64,000 nucleotides of DNA, taken from the NCBI RefSeq assembly GCF_032062105.1, contig NW_026937303.1:186001-250000 (forward strand), in the 5' to 3' direction. Under the pieces are notes generated by a model. That model was not told the DNA's origin. It ran no database searches and saw only the letters and a program-made list of their open reading frames with translations. Below are positions 62,557-64,000 of this stretch, one piece after another. This stretch comes from Saccostrea cucullata (Eukaryota). Made by a program: the position numbers and the translations under genes. The first letter of the stretch is position 1; the number at the start of each line of letters is the position of its first letter.

Positions 62557-63735
62557 ATGGCGACAACAGAGGAATTTCGACCTTTCAGACATCGACCTCG
62601 ATTAGTTTCCAAACATTCTACATACAATATAAAGACTGTCGGAATTCGTGGTAAGGGAATACATCTGATGAATGACTTCTTCACCACAATGGTGGATACG
62701 AAGTGGAGATGGAATATGTTAATTTTCGTTAGTGGATTTGTGATCACGTGGTTATTTTTTGCACTGTTTTACTGGTTGGTTTCTAAACTCCATGGTGATA
62801 TAAGTGACGTGAAAGCAACAGACAAAACGCCTTGCTTTGAGAATGTTGATTCTTTTACTACAGCTTACCTTTTTTCTATCGAAACACAGACAACAATAGG
62901 GTACGGTTTCCGATATGTTACAGAGGAATGTCCTTACGCCGTCATAGGCGTACTACTACAGAACATTATAGGCGCTGGCCTACAAGCTGCTCTCGCGGGA
63001 CTTGTGGTGGCGAAAGTGCGGCGAGGTAAAAAGAGATCAGGCACCTTGATGTTTAGTTCTGTGGCCTGCATTGTAGAGGAGGATGGGAAATATAAACTAG
63101 TCATCCGAATTGGCGACATGCGTCGTTCTCACATCATAGGTGCACATGTGCGTGGGCATCTGTTCAAGATGATGAGGTCGACGGACGGAGGTAGTCACCC
63201 TGTTAAGTGTTTTCCGATGGAATTTAATGGAGAAGACGGAAGTTCGCAGATTTTCATGGCGTGGCCTACACAGCTTGTCCATACCATTGACAACACGTCA
63301 CCATTCTGGAAAATGTCTCGGGAGGATTTGCAGAGGGAGGACTTTGAGTTAGTTGTGATACTGGACGGAATAGTGTCCACTACCAGTAACAATTTACAAA
63401 CACAGACCTCGTACATGGCTTGGGATATTTTATGGGGACATCGTTTCGATACTATGGCCAAAAAATACAACGAACGTGATTCTCTTGTTGTCGACTTCTC
63501 GAATTTCAATCGAACACATCCGGTTTCTATGTCTGACTGTAGTGCTTACCAGGTTGAGGCGTTCCGGAAGTTGGGTTACAGTATTATCCGTGGAGATCCG
63601 GAAAACAACAATCCTTCATATTTTGAAATTAAGAAAACTTCGCAGCATGCTGAGAAAATGTCTCCGGGACGCATTCTCCATTACAGATATAACAAGGCTT
63701 CTCTTAGCACTTCAAACGATAAAGTTCACATATGA
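62557..63735 (+). CDS. Inward-rectifier potassium channel (Kir/KCNJ family) C, 392 aa
   Basis: DFFTTMVDTKWR, pore FSIETQTTIGYGFR, ECP, RGKKR, RRSHII, FELVVILDG, ILWGHRF. An in-frame TAG three codons upstream of the ATG supports the start. A splice acceptor (ctttacttttcag, ending 62537) suggests a 5'-UTR intron. Confidence 0.95.
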   Translation: MATTEEFRPFRHRPRLVSKHSTYNIKTVGIRGKGIHLMNDFFTTMVDTKWRWNMLIFVSGFVITWLFFALFYWLVSKLHGDISDVKATDKTPCFENVDSFTTAYLFSIETQTTIGYGFRYVTEECPYAVIGVLLQNIIGAGLQAALAGLVVAKVRRGKKRSGTLMFSSVACIVEEDGKYKLVIRIGDMRRSHIIGAHVRGHLFKMMRSTDGGSHPVKCFPMEFNGEDGSSQIFMAWPTQLVHTIDNTSPFWKMSREDLQREDFELVVILDGIVSTTSNNLQTQTSYMAWDILWGHRFDTMAKKYNERDSLVVDFSNFNRTHPVSMSDCSAYQVEAFRKLGYSIIRGDPENNNPSYFEIKKTSQHAEKMSPGRILHYRYNKASLSTSNDKVHI

Positions 63736-64000
63736 ATGTATATCTTAAACAATGATAGTTTGATTTATTCTTTATTATGATACATAATAGTCAAATATTA
63801 TAGTGAAAACTGTTGAATGAAATTCATAATTCTGATGCAACATTTTTTTTTAAAGACGATGTTCAGCTGAAAAAAAAATCGAAGCCTAAACAATAAACCC
63901 AAGCCTTAACATGTTTCTTCGGACTACATTTTGTTACAATTTAAAGGGTTTTGTTTTAATTAATTGGTAAGTCATGTATAAATCGTGTCTGCTATTTGAA

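Noticed and set aside
4175-63748. Short ORFs overlapping or antisense to receptor and Kir exons (e.g. 4175..4405, 6639..6869, 30990..31265, 51869..52297, 63195..63509)
   Set aside because: Shadow frames of real coding exons. Their recurrence between paralogs follows from the sense-strand similarity.

Overview
AT-rich, intron-containing animal genomic DNA, most likely a bivalve mollusc (inferred from the repeat types, not verified). The first ~41 kb holds a tandem array of seven intact, same-strand, two-coding-exon prostanoid-receptor (EP4-like) GPCR genes. A five-exon thioredoxin gene sits on the opposite strand between receptors 3 and 4. The last ~14 kb holds three inward-rectifier K+ channel (Kir) genes with uninterrupted coding regions. 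Intergenic and intronic DNA is rich in mobile elements: about 20 fragments of a Penelope-like retroelement with an N-terminal GIY-YIG endonuclease (Naiad-type), some forming inverted-tail pairs; five TTAA-flanked Kolobok-type MITEs; a Harbinger MITE; an inverted HINE/DINE-1-like pair; a tRNA-derived SINE; and a 33-bp satellite. Three sequence-unrelated foldback elements share one architecture (TA-YG termini plus arrays of ~22-bp self-palindromic units). Exon boundaries were read by hand from GT-AG signals and reading-frame continuity.
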